Shown here in pieces: positions 55,226 through 64,000 of a stretch of DNA of 64,000 nt. Origin of the DNA: Euryarchaeota archaeon UBA558 (GTDB lineage: Archaea > Thermoplasmatota > Poseidoniia > Poseidoniales > Thalassarchaeaceae). Each line of letters opens with the position of its first letter. The stretch's first letter is position 1. The translations under genes and the position numbers were made by a program. The DNA is taken from positions 91,353-155,352 of the forward strand of contig DAZE01000012.1 in NCBI GenBank assembly GCA_002507175.1. Reading direction: 5' to 3'. The notes beneath the pieces are model-generated. The model did not search any database. It saw only the letters and a program-made list of their open reading frames with translations, and was not told the DNA's origin.

Positions 55226-55708
55226 TCACTCTGAGACTATGACCTTGGCAGGCCTGAGCACCCTATCGTGGATCATGTACCCTTTCTCTACGACATTTAG
55301 GATAGTCCCGGACGGCTCTCCATCTGGAGGTGGCACGATCGCTATTGCCTCCATGCAACTGGGATCGAATGACCTTCCGCCCAAGTCTATTGGGGTGATT
55401 CCCACTGATGAAAGACCCTGACGCATACTCTCGACAGTCAGTCGGACTCCGTCAATGACAGACTCTGAGGACTCATCCATTGTACTGATGGCCATCTCAA
55501 GACTCACTAAAACCTCGATCATCCTTAATCCGAGATTTTTCGAACCATATCTCATCATCTCGGACCTTTCCTTTGCGGCCCTGGCCCTGATGTTGGCGAC
55601 CTCCGCAAGAGCATATTGCAGGTCCTTTTTCAGAGATTCAATTGAATCTTGATCGTTCTCCTGGTCTATTGGGCCCTCGGTTTCTACTTCTTCAATTTCG
55701 TCAGACAT
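55226..55708 (-). CDS. grpE: Nucleotide exchange factor GrpE
   Basis: The N-terminus is acidic. It is followed by the coiled-coil segment LKKDLQYALAEVANIRARAAKE and a C-terminal beta domain (GTILNVVEKGYMIHDRVLRPAKV). Confidence 0.8.
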   Translation of the reverse strand: MSDEIEEVETEGPIDQENDQDSIESLKKDLQYALAEVANIRARAAKERSEMMRYGSKNLGLRMIEVLVSLEMAISTMDESSESVIDGVRLTVESMRQGLSSVGITPIDLGGRSFDPSCMEAIAIVPPPDGEPSGTILNVVEKGYMIHDRVLRPAKVIVSE

Positions 55709-55740
55709 GCCATTGACCCCTCCGGGCTGTGTGATAACTC

Positions 55741-57513
55741 CTAGTCGACATAGAAAAACTCCCCATCTCGTTTTTGCTCCCTGTCCTTTCTGCTACCGGG
55801 TTTGTTTATTCTTGGGCGGTGAGACTCGTGATCCCTGCGGAAGGTCACATCCACTCCTTCGAGGAAACGATTCATTCCGGGCCTAAGGCCGAGCGGCCCA
55901 TGGGCTTTGCCTTGTACGCCTCCTTGACCCTCGAAAACAAGGAGGGAGTCACTGACAATATCGATGAAATAGATGTCATGATCGATTACCATAGCAGCCT
56001 TCTCCTTGGCTAGCATGGTTCTCCTAATCGCCTTTGCAGCTTCCATTCGAGCATTGACGTCCAGATGTGCGCTGGGCTCATCGAGCAAGTACAGGTCTGC
56101 ATCTCTCCCCAGGCATATTGCAATGCTTACAGCCTGCAATTCCCCTCCTGAGAGCCTTCGAGCACGTAGCTCAACCATTTGGTCAATCTGTAATGGACGT
56201 ATTACTTGGGTGTTGAACTCGCCACTCCTCCAAGTCATCCCGATCTCAGAATCTAGCCACTGAGAGACTGTTCCGTCAAAATCCGTGTTCACGTGTTGAG
56301 GTTTGTACGAGACTTTGGCATCCATAGTGCACCACCCCTCATCTGGTTCGATCTCTCCCGCAATCATCCTAACCATCGTGGTCTTTCCTGTGGCGTTGGG
56401 GCCTACAACCCCCACCACCTCCGCGCTCCTGACTCCTCCCTTTTCGGTCTCAAGAGAGAAGGAGCCCATCGCTTTTTTCATATCGCCCCATTGGAGTATC
56501 GTATCTCCGACTTCTTCGCCACGGACCCTACCTCTTAGGAATGAGATCGGCTTGTCTCGTATACGGACATTCTCCTCATTTAGATATCCGTCGAGATAGG
56601 CATTTATCGCCGTTCGAGTCGTTCTAGGGGGAGTGAATATTCCATATGCTGCCCGTTGCCCATACACTATGTGAACCAAGTCGCAAAGGACGTCCAATAT
56701 CGCTAGGTCGTGTTCGATTACGATTATCCTCTTTCCATCTTCTACTAGGCTCTGAATGATGCTCACTACCCTCATTCGTTCATGTATGTCCAAGTAGGAT
56801 GACGGCTCATCAAAAAAGTATACATCTGCCTCTTTGAGGATAGTTGCACAGATAGCAACTCGCTGTAGCTCGCCACCAGATAATCCGGATAATTTTCTTT
56901 CCAAGATATGTTCGATTGAGGTAAGCTCTGCGAATTCTTCCAACCGGCCACGATCATCCACCCTCTGCAATAAACCACTTACCTCTCCGTCCCACAGCTT
57001 CGGAAGCTTGTCCACATACTGGGGCTTTACCGCTATTTTTACTTCTGACTTCGATATCAATTCTAGGTAGTCCCTGAGCTCTCCTCTCGGAAAAGATGCA
57101 ATTATCTCTGTCCATTCTTTGTCAAAATCTTGCCAGTCCCCTAGATTCGGCCTCGTGGAGCCAGAAAGAAGGTTGATTGCGGTAGATTTCCCCATCCCGT
57201 TGGGGCCAAGGATGCCTACAACTTGCTGTTCTCTTGGTGCTGGAAGGCGAAAGAGTCTGAAGGAGTTCTCTCCGTAGCTATGCGTCAAATCTGTCTCTAG
57301 TTCCTCTGGGAGATTAATTATTTTCACTGCGTCTCCTGGACACCTCTTGGCCCGGTTAAGACATACTGGACATGCAGATTCCAGAATCTTGCACTTATTT
57401 CCTTCAAATTGAATGCATTCACGTCCACAGCTTCCTGCATATTTCATCAGGTAATCAAAGGCCGGTGTGTTTGGCTTGCATCGGTCTTCGAGCAAAACAG
57501 CGACCCTCATCAC
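55741..57513 (-). CDS. ABCE1 / RNase L inhibitor-type ribosome-recycling ATPase
   Basis: The N-terminus has the Fe-S cysteines (CKPNTPAFDYLMKYAGSCGRECI...CPVCLNRAKRCP). Two ABC cassettes follow (GPNGMGKST; GPNATGKTT; two LSGGELQ signatures). Confidence 0.93.
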   Translation of the reverse strand: MMRVAVLLEDRCKPNTPAFDYLMKYAGSCGRECIQFEGNKCKILESACPVCLNRAKRCPGDAVKIINLPEELETDLTHSYGENSFRLFRLPAPREQQVVGILGPNGMGKSTAINLLSGSTRPNLGDWQDFDKEWTEIIASFPRGELRDYLELISKSEVKIAVKPQYVDKLPKLWDGEVSGLLQRVDDRGRLEEFAELTSIEHILERKLSGLSGGELQRVAICATILKEADVYFFDEPSSYLDIHERMRVVSIIQSLVEDGKRIIVIEHDLAILDVLCDLVHIVYGQRAAYGIFTPPRTTRTAINAYLDGYLNEENVRIRDKPISFLRGRVRGEEVGDTILQWGDMKKAMGSFSLETEKGGVRSAEVVGVVGPNATGKTTMVRMIAGEIEPDEGWCTMDAKVSYKPQHVNTDFDGTVSQWLDSEIGMTWRSGEFNTQVIRPLQIDQMVELRARRLSGGELQAVSIAICLGRDADLYLLDEPSAHLDVNARMEAAKAIRRTMLAKEKAAMVIDHDIYFIDIVSDSLLVFEGQGGVQGKAHGPLGLRPGMNRFLEGVDVTFRRDHESHRPRINKPGSRKDREQKRDGEFFYVD

Positions 57514-57570
57514 GCCAGTCTCCTACAGTTCGCTCTAACAATGGCCCTTTGAGATCTTCGTGCTCTTCAA

Positions 57571-58815
57571 TCACACTGGAAGGAAACGATAGCGGAAGTA
57601 AACCCAAGCAGCGAGGCCAATTTTTTCAGGCTTGGATAGTTGAATCCTCTCTGTGAAAACGTCACCTTGGTTTTTCGCGATCTTCCTCAAAATCGAATCG
57701 TAAAATGCCATCATGGCTGCAGGGGAGTACCTCATTTCCCTGTCAAGTCTACCCAGCAGGCTCTTAGCTGCTCTCCCATAAGTCTTGGCCCTTTGAGTAT
57801 AGTAGTTACAGAATGGCTCCCATCCGGGATGCCTGACAAGGTTCTCACCACCCAGCACGTCTTCCTCTGTAATTCCGAAGCGTATTAGGTCATCAAGCGG
57901 CAGGTATATCCTGCCGCGTTTGGAGTCCTCCACCACATCTCTGAGGATGTTGATAAGCTGCATGTATATCCCCCAAGCTTCAGCCTCGTCCTTTGCCTCT
58001 GGTGAGTCATATCCGTAAATCTCTATGCAGACCAATCCGACTGTTGATGCTACTTTGTAGCAATACTCGTAGAGGTCTTCGAACGTTTCAAATCTGTTTC
58101 TGTGGAGGTCGTCTTCCATGCCGCTGATCATGTCGTCCAGAAGTGATCTTGGAATTCTATATCTTTGAACGGTGTCCTTCAATGCTATGAAAATAGGATC
58201 GGTGGATGTGACGCTAGTGTAGGCCGTGGAAAGCTTCTTTCGGTAGTAAAAGAGTTGAGACATCTTCTGGTCGTATGTGTCCCTGCCAAGCACAGGCTCC
58301 CCCATTATCCTCTCTATCTCCGATCTGTAGTCGATTGATTCGTGGCTATCTTCGGAGCCCCCTGGGAAAAGGTCAGTGTAATCCCCGTCAGCGATGTCAT
58401 CTGCCCTCCTGCAAAATGCGTAGTAAGCGCAGATTGACCTTCTGACGTCATTTGGGAGGTACTTGAAGGAGTGATAGAAATTCGCCGCCTCTATCCTGGT
58501 GAGCTCTTCGCAGTATTCATAGGATGCTTCGATCATTCTCTCTGGTAGATCCCCTTCCTTCCATATGGAAGCGTCAATATGGCCAAATGGACTCTTCAAA
58601 TCACCTCTCTGGCCCATGACTCCCATGAATTTGGCTCCTTCTCTGAGGGTTTCAAAAGCCGTTATTGATATGGCTCGCGCAGCATCCCGCGTCAATGACA
58701 CTTTGGATCTAATGTTCTCAATCGGGACGTCTGCCTTCTCCTGTTGATCTAGGATAATGTCACTGAGACTGGCACTATCCAAATTCATGGATTGAGTTTC
58801 ACCCTCTGTGGTCAT
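57571..58815 (-). CDS. Phytoene/squalene synthase family protein, PSY(CrtB)-like, with a long N-terminal extension
   Basis: The motifs are ANFYHSFKYLPNDVRRSICAYYAFCRRADDIADG, LLDDMISGMEDDL, MQLINILRDVVEDSKRGRIYLP. The ORF opens at a TTG at 58833, and the first ATG is at 58815. The true start is uncertain. Confidence 0.75.
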   Translation of the reverse strand: MTTEGETQSMNLDSASLSDIILDQQEKADVPIENIRSKVSLTRDAARAISITAFETLREGAKFMGVMGQRGDLKSPFGHIDASIWKEGDLPERMIEASYEYCEELTRIEAANFYHSFKYLPNDVRRSICAYYAFCRRADDIADGDYTDLFPGGSEDSHESIDYRSEIERIMGEPVLGRDTYDQKMSQLFYYRKKLSTAYTSVTSTDPIFIALKDTVQRYRIPRSLLDDMISGMEDDLHRNRFETFEDLYEYCYKVASTVGLVCIEIYGYDSPEAKDEAEAWGIYMQLINILRDVVEDSKRGRIYLPLDDLIRFGITEEDVLGGENLVRHPGWEPFCNYYTQRAKTYGRAAKSLLGRLDREMRYSPAAMMAFYDSILRKIAKNQGDVFTERIQLSKPEKIGLAAWVYFRYRFLPV

Positions 58816-58878
58816 AGAGTGTTGGTGGGGCAATATACGTTTGAAGTTCTGTGTTCTTTGGACGCGACCCGCCAGGTA

Positions 58879-59886
58879 CTATTGCGCCATTTCCCTCTCG
58901 GACCACATGAGCCTAGATTCATAACTCGAAAATCTGGAAGCCAATCTGGTCTTCAACAAGATTGAAGCAACCTGTTTGCGGCCCACCTTGATGCTTTCTT
59001 CACGATCAAGAACATTTTGCTGCCTCATCAAACGAATGGTCCTCCAACCAATAATGACAGGAAGCATGCAAGAGATCCGAAGCCGGCGATGTTGTCTGGG
59101 AATCAGTGATATGTAATCTCCTGCAGAGTCCAGATACTTACATGCCAAATTTAGGTATTCGGTGTACAGGGGCCTGAATTTTTCCATGGAGTGCTTACTC
59201 TTGAGATCGCTCACATTCATCCCTAGATCAGCGAGTCTTACAGACGGAATGTAGCACCTTCCGATATTCAGGTCAGAGGGTATGTCTCGTAGTATGTTAA
59301 TCAACTGTAGAGCCTTGCCGAACCGTATTCCCAACCTCAACATCTCTTCAGGATCCTGTCCGTGGAAAACCAGGTGGCTCATTGACATGCGCGTCCAAAA
59401 CTCTCCAACAGAGCCAGCGACCCTGTACGTGTAGTCATCCATTTCATCGTCATTTTGGAGGGAGAGAATACTACTCCCCCTCGTGCCAAATCGCTCGACG
59501 TCAAGCCTCTGACCACTAATTATGGTGAGAAGACACTCCAACATCACATCTCGGTCGGTAGATCCAACTCGACCAAATGCTTCTATCACTTCATTGACGG
59601 ATAACAATAAATCTGACTCACTTGGGTCCGCTTGAAGTGAGGCTATGTCGCCCAAGTCTATGGCAGATGACTCATTTGAAACCGCTTTTCTGTATTTTTC
59701 GAGGCTTGTGAGCAATAGGTTCGATTCCTCTCCGGTGTCCGCAATAGTGTCTGCTACTCTGGCGAGCAAATACAGCAGGCCTACTTGGTCCCTGATTTGA
59801 CCAGGCAGGATCTGCAGGGATAGGTAAAATGATCTTGATGTGGCCTTGAGGAGCCGATCGATGTTCTCGTCCACAACCACTGACAC
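58879..59886 (-). CDS. Squalene/phytoene synthase family protein, SQS-like
   Basis: The segment LKATSRSFYLSLQILPGQIRDQVGLLYLLARVADTIAD resembles the TSRSF...FYLVLRALDT.ED region of squalene synthases. ALQLINILRDIPSDLNIGRCYIP is also present. The apparent start is a GTG. Confidence 0.7.
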   Translation of the reverse strand: MSVVVDENIDRLLKATSRSFYLSLQILPGQIRDQVGLLYLLARVADTIADTGEESNLLLTSLEKYRKAVSNESSAIDLGDIASLQADPSESDLLLSVNEVIEAFGRVGSTDRDVMLECLLTIISGQRLDVERFGTRGSSILSLQNDDEMDDYTYRVAGSVGEFWTRMSMSHLVFHGQDPEEMLRLGIRFGKALQLINILRDIPSDLNIGRCYIPSVRLADLGMNVSDLKSKHSMEKFRPLYTEYLNLACKYLDSAGDYISLIPRQHRRLRISCMLPVIIGWRTIRLMRQQNVLDREESIKVGRKQVASILLKTRLASRFSSYESRLMWSEREMAQ

Positions 59887-59940
59887 TGTACTTCCTCATA
59901 GTCTAGGCTATGTTAATGGTGTTGGGGCTTTGGGATTGAT

Positions 59941-60873
59941 CTACAGCTCCCGCAGGCCTGCCTCTATCAAGGCGATTTTGAGTACTTCACCGATAACAGA
60001 TGGGTCGTTTGCAACATGGATGCCCGCAGATTCAAACGCCTCTATTTTCTCTTTCGCGGTACCCTTTCCACCGCTAATTATTGCACCAGCGTGGCCCATT
60101 CTCTTCCCGGGCGGGGCCGTGGCTCCTGCGACAAATCCAACAACTGGTTTGGTCCCATTAGCTTTGATCCACTCAGCTGCCTCTTCTTCGGCGGTTCCCC
60201 CGATCTCCCCAATCATCACTATGGCCTCTGTTTCAGGATCCTTTTCAAAAGCCTCCAAGCAGTCAATGAAACCCGTACCTTGAATGGGGTCGCCTCCGAT
60301 CCCCACACAGGTGGTCTGACCTTCTCCGATACCGGTTGTCTGAGCTACTGCCTCATAGGTCAAGGTCCCGGATTTTGAGACGATGCCGATGCGACCTTTC
60401 CGGTGGATGTGGCCTGGCATTATGCCAATTTTGGATCCCCCTTTGACACCTGGGGTGATAATTCCCGGGCAATTCGGGCCGATTAATCTGATATTTGGAT
60501 ACTGTCCTAGATCTGATGTGACATCGATCATGTCCAGTATGGGGATTCCTTCTGTTATGCAGACAATCAACCCCTCACCTCTCACGTCATGGAATGACTT
60601 CGCTGCCTCTTTTATCGCTGCGGCTGCATATGGCGGTGGTACGTAGATCACACTCACTTCCGCGTCAGTTGATTTGATTGCCTCATTCATGGTATTGTAG
60701 ACGGGAAGGTCACGATTGTGTAGCGTGACGGTAGAGCCACCCTTCCCTGGTGTGACGCCACCGACTATTTCAGTCCCATACTCCACCATTTTCGCGCCAT
60801 GAAAACGACCTTGGTTCCCAGTAATCCCCTGAATGAGCACCCTTGCGTTTTCTCCAACCCAGATTGACATCAT
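59941..60873 (-). CDS. sucD: Succinyl-CoA synthetase, alpha subunit
   Basis: The motifs are [33 protein letters not shown] and MGHAGAII. Confidence 0.93.
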   Translation of the reverse strand: MMSIWVGENARVLIQGITGNQGRFHGAKMVEYGTEIVGGVTPGKGGSTVTLHNRDLPVYNTMNEAIKSTDAEVSVIYVPPPYAAAAIKEAAKSFHDVRGEGLIVCITEGIPILDMIDVTSDLGQYPNIRLIGPNCPGIITPGVKGGSKIGIMPGHIHRKGRIGIVSKSGTLTYEAVAQTTGIGEGQTTCVGIGGDPIQGTGFIDCLEAFEKDPETEAIVMIGEIGGTAEEEAAEWIKANGTKPVVGFVAGATAPPGKRMGHAGAIISGGKGTAKEKIEAFESAGIHVANDPSVIGEVLKIALIEAGLREL

Positions 60874-62078
60874 GCTCCCCCCTTAACCAATTTCACGATT
60901 TTTTCCGCACCATCAGCGAGTGAGTCTGCTGGGTGAATGTTTAGCCCACTTTCTGAGAGAATGGCTTTGCCTTCCTCGACATTGGTGCCGGCGAGCCTTA
61001 CAACAAGAGGTCTTTCCAAGCCAAGTCTGGAGACTGCTGAGATCACTCCCTTTGCGATGATATCGCACCTCATTATGCCTCCGAAAATATTCACCAGTAT
61101 GCCCTTAACGTTTGGATCCTCTAGAATTATGCTGAATGCTGTTGTGACTTGATTTTCATCAGCACCGCCCCCTACATCCAAGAAGTTTGCTGGCTCACCA
61201 CCATAGAGCTTGATGACATCCATGGTGGCCATCGCAAGCCCCGCCCCATTGACCATGCAACCTATGTCACCATCTAGTTTGACGTATGAAAGACCCGTTT
61301 TCTTTGCTCTGAGCTCTATCTCCTCCTCTTCTCCGTAGTCGCGCAGATCATCCCATTCTGGGTGCCTGAATGAAGCGTTCTCATCAAAAGAGACCTTAGC
61401 ATCAAGAGCGATAATATCCTGATCAGAAGTCTCCACGAGGGGGTTTATCTCAATCATGCTGCAGTCCGATTCGATGAACAGAGACCCCAATCTTGAGACC
61501 ATGTCCGTGAATTTCTCAAGTGCGGGGCCGATCAATCCCAATCTGCTTCCGAGGTCCACGCAGGAGTCTCTATTGAATCCCGATTTGCCACTGCTCGTGA
61601 TCCTGTGAATGGAGTCTGGGTTTGTCTCAGCGACTTCCTCGATGTCCATGCCGCCTTCCCTAGAGGCCATAACCAACAGGGAATTAGAGCCCCTGTCCAC
61701 TAGCATTGCAAGGTAGTACTCATGAACAATATCACATCCAGATTCTACATACAAGTTGGTCACCAACTTGCCGCTTCCCCCCGTCTGTTTGGTTATCAGC
61801 AAGTTGCCTAAAATTCGGTCTGAGTAATCCCTGACCTCATCTTCTGAAAAGGCGATTTTTACCCCTCCCTCCATGATGACTTCCCTGGTTTTCGGATCAA
61901 GCAAGGTTCCCTTTCCGCGCCCTCCTGCATGTATTTGACTTTTCACGGCTACAACGCCACCTCCAAGTTTTCGATATGCATCTATCGCTTCTCCAACATT
62001 TCTGCAATGCAGCCCATCCAACACCGACACGCCGGCGTCCCTGAACATCTGCTTGGCCTGGTACTCGTGTATGTTCAT
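60870..62078 (-). CDS. sucC: Succinyl-CoA synthetase, beta subunit
   Basis: The motifs are [12 protein letters not shown], an ATP-grasp region, and [15 protein letters not shown]. The stop overlaps the sucD start. The ORF opens at a TTG at 62087, but I prefer the ATG at 62078. Confidence 0.93.
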   Translation of the reverse strand: MNIHEYQAKQMFRDAGVSVLDGLHCRNVGEAIDAYRKLGGGVVAVKSQIHAGGRGKGTLLDPKTREVIMEGGVKIAFSEDEVRDYSDRILGNLLITKQTGGSGKLVTNLYVESGCDIVHEYYLAMLVDRGSNSLLVMASREGGMDIEEVAETNPDSIHRITSSGKSGFNRDSCVDLGSRLGLIGPALEKFTDMVSRLGSLFIESDCSMIEINPLVETSDQDIIALDAKVSFDENASFRHPEWDDLRDYGEEEEIELRAKKTGLSYVKLDGDIGCMVNGAGLAMATMDVIKLYGGEPANFLDVGGGADENQVTTAFSIILEDPNVKGILVNIFGGIMRCDIIAKGVISAVSRLGLERPLVVRLAGTNVEEGKAILSESGLNIHPADSLADGAEKIVKLVKGGA

Positions 62079-62174
62079 GTCTCCCAACCCGCCGTCTCGC
62101 TGGCCACCCTTGAACGGTTCGCTTACGTAGATCTAGACAGGTAAGGATAATGTCTAGGTCGAGCAGGGATCAAC

Positions 62175-63137
62175 ATGGATGCAGTCATCCTAGCGGGCGG
62201 CTTTGGAACAAGGCTGAGACCTTGGACAGATACCGTTCCCAAGCCACTCATACCTTTGTTGGACATGACCCTGATTGAGCACACAATACGCATATTGCCC
62301 CGAAACACAATCCAGAGAGTGATTATCGCCTCAGGCTATGGGGTCGACCAGATGAGGGCTTATTTTGACAATTTCGACGCCGGTTTTGAAGTCGTAGTCG
62401 TAGAAGAAGACCAACCTCTCGGAACAGGCGGGGCTATCGCCAACTGCAGAGAACACATCCGGGGCCCTAGGGCAATAGTGATGAACGGGGATCTAATCAC
62501 TACTGTGGACGTCGAGGAAATGCTGTCACATCATGTGAAATCTAATGCATTGATCTCAATTTCTCTGTGGCCAGTTGAGGACCCAACCCGATTTGGAGTC
62601 GCTGATTTCGATCACAACAAAGGCCTCATCAAGAGATTCCAGGAAAAGCCAAGGTTGGAGGAGGCATACTCCAACTTGATCAACGCAGGTTGCTACATCG
62701 TTGAGAGATCGGTGATACAAGGCCTCAGCACGGAGTATCACTCAATGGAGCGAGATGTATTCCCAGGCGTCGCAGAGTCAGGAAGAATGGGGGGGCATCG
62801 TTACTCCGGGAGGTTCATCGACGCTGGAACTCCAACAAGCTACCTTGAGGCCATGGTGGCTGCGATAGAGGATAACTCATTCACTACAGGGGGCATTGTT
62901 GGAACGTCTTGGTACGCCGATCCAAAAATGAGCAAGAAAGGGATAGAAAATAGCGCAGTGGGGATGGAGTGCAAGCTAGGCGATGGTATACGAGTGAACC
63001 GATCCGCAATTTTGGATGGTGCTCGGATAGGTGAGAACGCCTATCTGGATAACTGCTTAATCGGCAGAGGTTCGACTGTCCCCGCAAACTCTCACATCGT
63101 GGATATGGTCATTGGTTTTAATCAGCAATATCAGTGA
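62175..63137 (+). CDS. Sugar-1-phosphate nucleotidyltransferase with a C-terminal left-handed beta-helix
   Basis: The N-terminus is AVILAGGFGTRLRPWTDTVPKPLIPL. The C-terminus has hexapeptide-repeat-like sequence. Confidence 0.8.
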   Translation: MDAVILAGGFGTRLRPWTDTVPKPLIPLLDMTLIEHTIRILPRNTIQRVIIASGYGVDQMRAYFDNFDAGFEVVVVEEDQPLGTGGAIANCREHIRGPRAIVMNGDLITTVDVEEMLSHHVKSNALISISLWPVEDPTRFGVADFDHNKGLIKRFQEKPRLEEAYSNLINAGCYIVERSVIQGLSTEYHSMERDVFPGVAESGRMGGHRYSGRFIDAGTPTSYLEAMVAAIEDNSFTTGGIVGTSWYADPKMSKKGIENSAVGMECKLGDGIRVNRSAILDGARIGENAYLDNCLIGRGSTVPANSHIVDMVIGFNQQYQ

Positions 63138-63182
63138 AAAATAAGGCGACAGCAAGAAAAGTGGGAGTCGAGACCATATCCC

Positions 63183-63845
63183 ATGACCGCACCCTTGATC
63201 GTGATTAACTGTAAGACTTATTCTAATGCATCAGGGATTGCCGCTGAGGCTCTGGCGATTCAGATGCAATCGATCGACACCAGCGCAAGGTTGGTCATGG
63301 CAGCATCTGCTTTGGATATCGGGCCTGTAGCATCCGTAGCACCTGATTTAGAGGTCTGGGCGCAACATCTGGATCCCGTGGGCCATGGCTCGAATACAGG
63401 ACGCATCCTTCCAAGCACCGCGATCGAAAGGGGCGCAACCGGCACACTTGCCAATCACGCAGAGAGGAAAGTCCCCCTAGGACAGGTCGACGAACTACTC
63501 GCCATCCTACCACTTGGCTTCGAATTGTGCGCATGTGCAGCAGACCCTAAGGAAGCAGAGGCATTGGCCCATCTCGCCCCTCCGATGATCGCCGTTGAGC
63601 CCCCCGAGCTTATTGGAGGAGATATCTCGGTGACCACAGCAGATCCATCCATCGTTTCAGACTCCGTTGAAATCGTGAAGAAAATCGACTCTGGAATAGA
63701 AGTTCTATGCGGGGCAGGTGTGAAGAACGGGGCTGATGTTGCAGCCGCTCTAGACCTGGGGGCATCAGGGGTACTTCTCGCTTCTGGAGTCACCAAGGCT
63801 ACTGATCCTAAAGCCGTACTCAATGACTTGGTTTCAAGAATATGA
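63183..63845 (+). CDS. tpiA: Triosephosphate isomerase (short archaeal type)
   Basis: The ORF is 220 aa. It has LIVINCKTY, GTLANHAERK, IAVEPPELIG and GAGV, as in archaeal TIMs. Confidence 0.85.
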   Translation: MTAPLIVINCKTYSNASGIAAEALAIQMQSIDTSARLVMAASALDIGPVASVAPDLEVWAQHLDPVGHGSNTGRILPSTAIERGATGTLANHAERKVPLGQVDELLAILPLGFELCACAADPKEAEALAHLAPPMIAVEPPELIGGDISVTTADPSIVSDSVEIVKKIDSGIEVLCGAGVKNGADVAAALDLGASGVLLASGVTKATDPKAVLNDLVSRI

Positions 63846-63898
63846 AACCCCTATGTATTGGGAATTGGATTAAGTGTGAAGTGCCTCAGGAGAGATTC

Positions 63899-64000
63899 AT
63901 GGCACAACCTAGGACTATACAAAATTCGATGCTGATGGGGATTTGCATCGGCGCCTTTGGAGGAGGACTTTACGCTTACATGATGCTCACGGGGATCGGG
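63899..64000 (+). CDS. Start of a hypothetical membrane protein (runs off the right edge)
   Basis: The ATG at 63899 opens MAQPRTIQNSMLMGICIGAFGGGLYAYMMLTGIG, which is hydrophobic. The ORF is truncated, so the call is weak. Confidence 0.25.
   Translation, partial: MAQPRTIQNSMLMGICIGAFGGGLYAYMMLTGIG

Noticed and set aside
62119-62147. 7-bp inverted repeat (ctagaca-N11-tgtctag) in the sucC / nucleotidyltransferase divergent promoter
   Set aside because: The stem is short and could easily arise by chance. There is no second copy or flanking motif to support a regulatory call.
1-64000. Search for mobile elements, defence islands, CRISPR arrays, toxin-antitoxin pairs or abrupt compositional shifts
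   Set aside because: I recognised no integrase, transposase, Cas, restriction-modification or TA-like ORFs, and no repeat arrays. Gene content is core housekeeping plus surface proteins. The window therefore appears to be ordinary chromosome rather than an accessory island.

Overview
This window looks like a densely packed, housekeeping-rich stretch of an archaeal chromosome. The archaeal markers are a TATA-box binding protein, archaeosine tRNA-guanine transglycosylase, ABCE1, CTP-type riboflavin kinase, archaeal-type NMN adenylyltransferase, a short archaeal triosephosphate isomerase, SepF, a DRG GTPase and mevalonate kinase. Several features are reminiscent of streamlined marine planktonic Thermoplasmatota (MG-II/Poseidoniales-like): many large secreted or anchored proteins (PKD, BNR, lamin-tail, lipase-like), an H+-PPase, and very tight gene packing. 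That taxonomic placement is inference only. I call about 60 CDS. I did not recognise any rRNA, tRNA, CRISPR array, integrase, transposase or prophage signal. Intergenic gaps are mostly under 120 bp, and the longest is about 228 bp. I found no clear-cut defence or mobile 'system'. The things most worth a second look are listed here. (1) A co-directional, translationally coupled 2x(ABC ATPase + ABC-2 permease) exporter, followed by an EWWY/AttH-CrtC-like protein and a PH-domain membrane protein. (2) A TBP whose second repeat carries an acidic insertion of about 55 aa, sitting behind a perfect 23-bp palindromic double TATA element. (3) A GDPD-family protein whose catalytic HRG motif appears to have moved to the extreme C-terminus, an apparent circular permutation. 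(4) A tandem pair of SQS-like and PSY-like head-to-head prenyltransferases. (5) A single-chain (fused) aconitase-X protein about 6 kb from mevalonate kinase. (6) A tandem pair of palindromic operator-like sites in a divergent promoter between two secreted-enzyme genes. (7) All nine convergent gene junctions overlap or are 1 nt apart. All functional calls come from motif recognition by eye. No database search was run.
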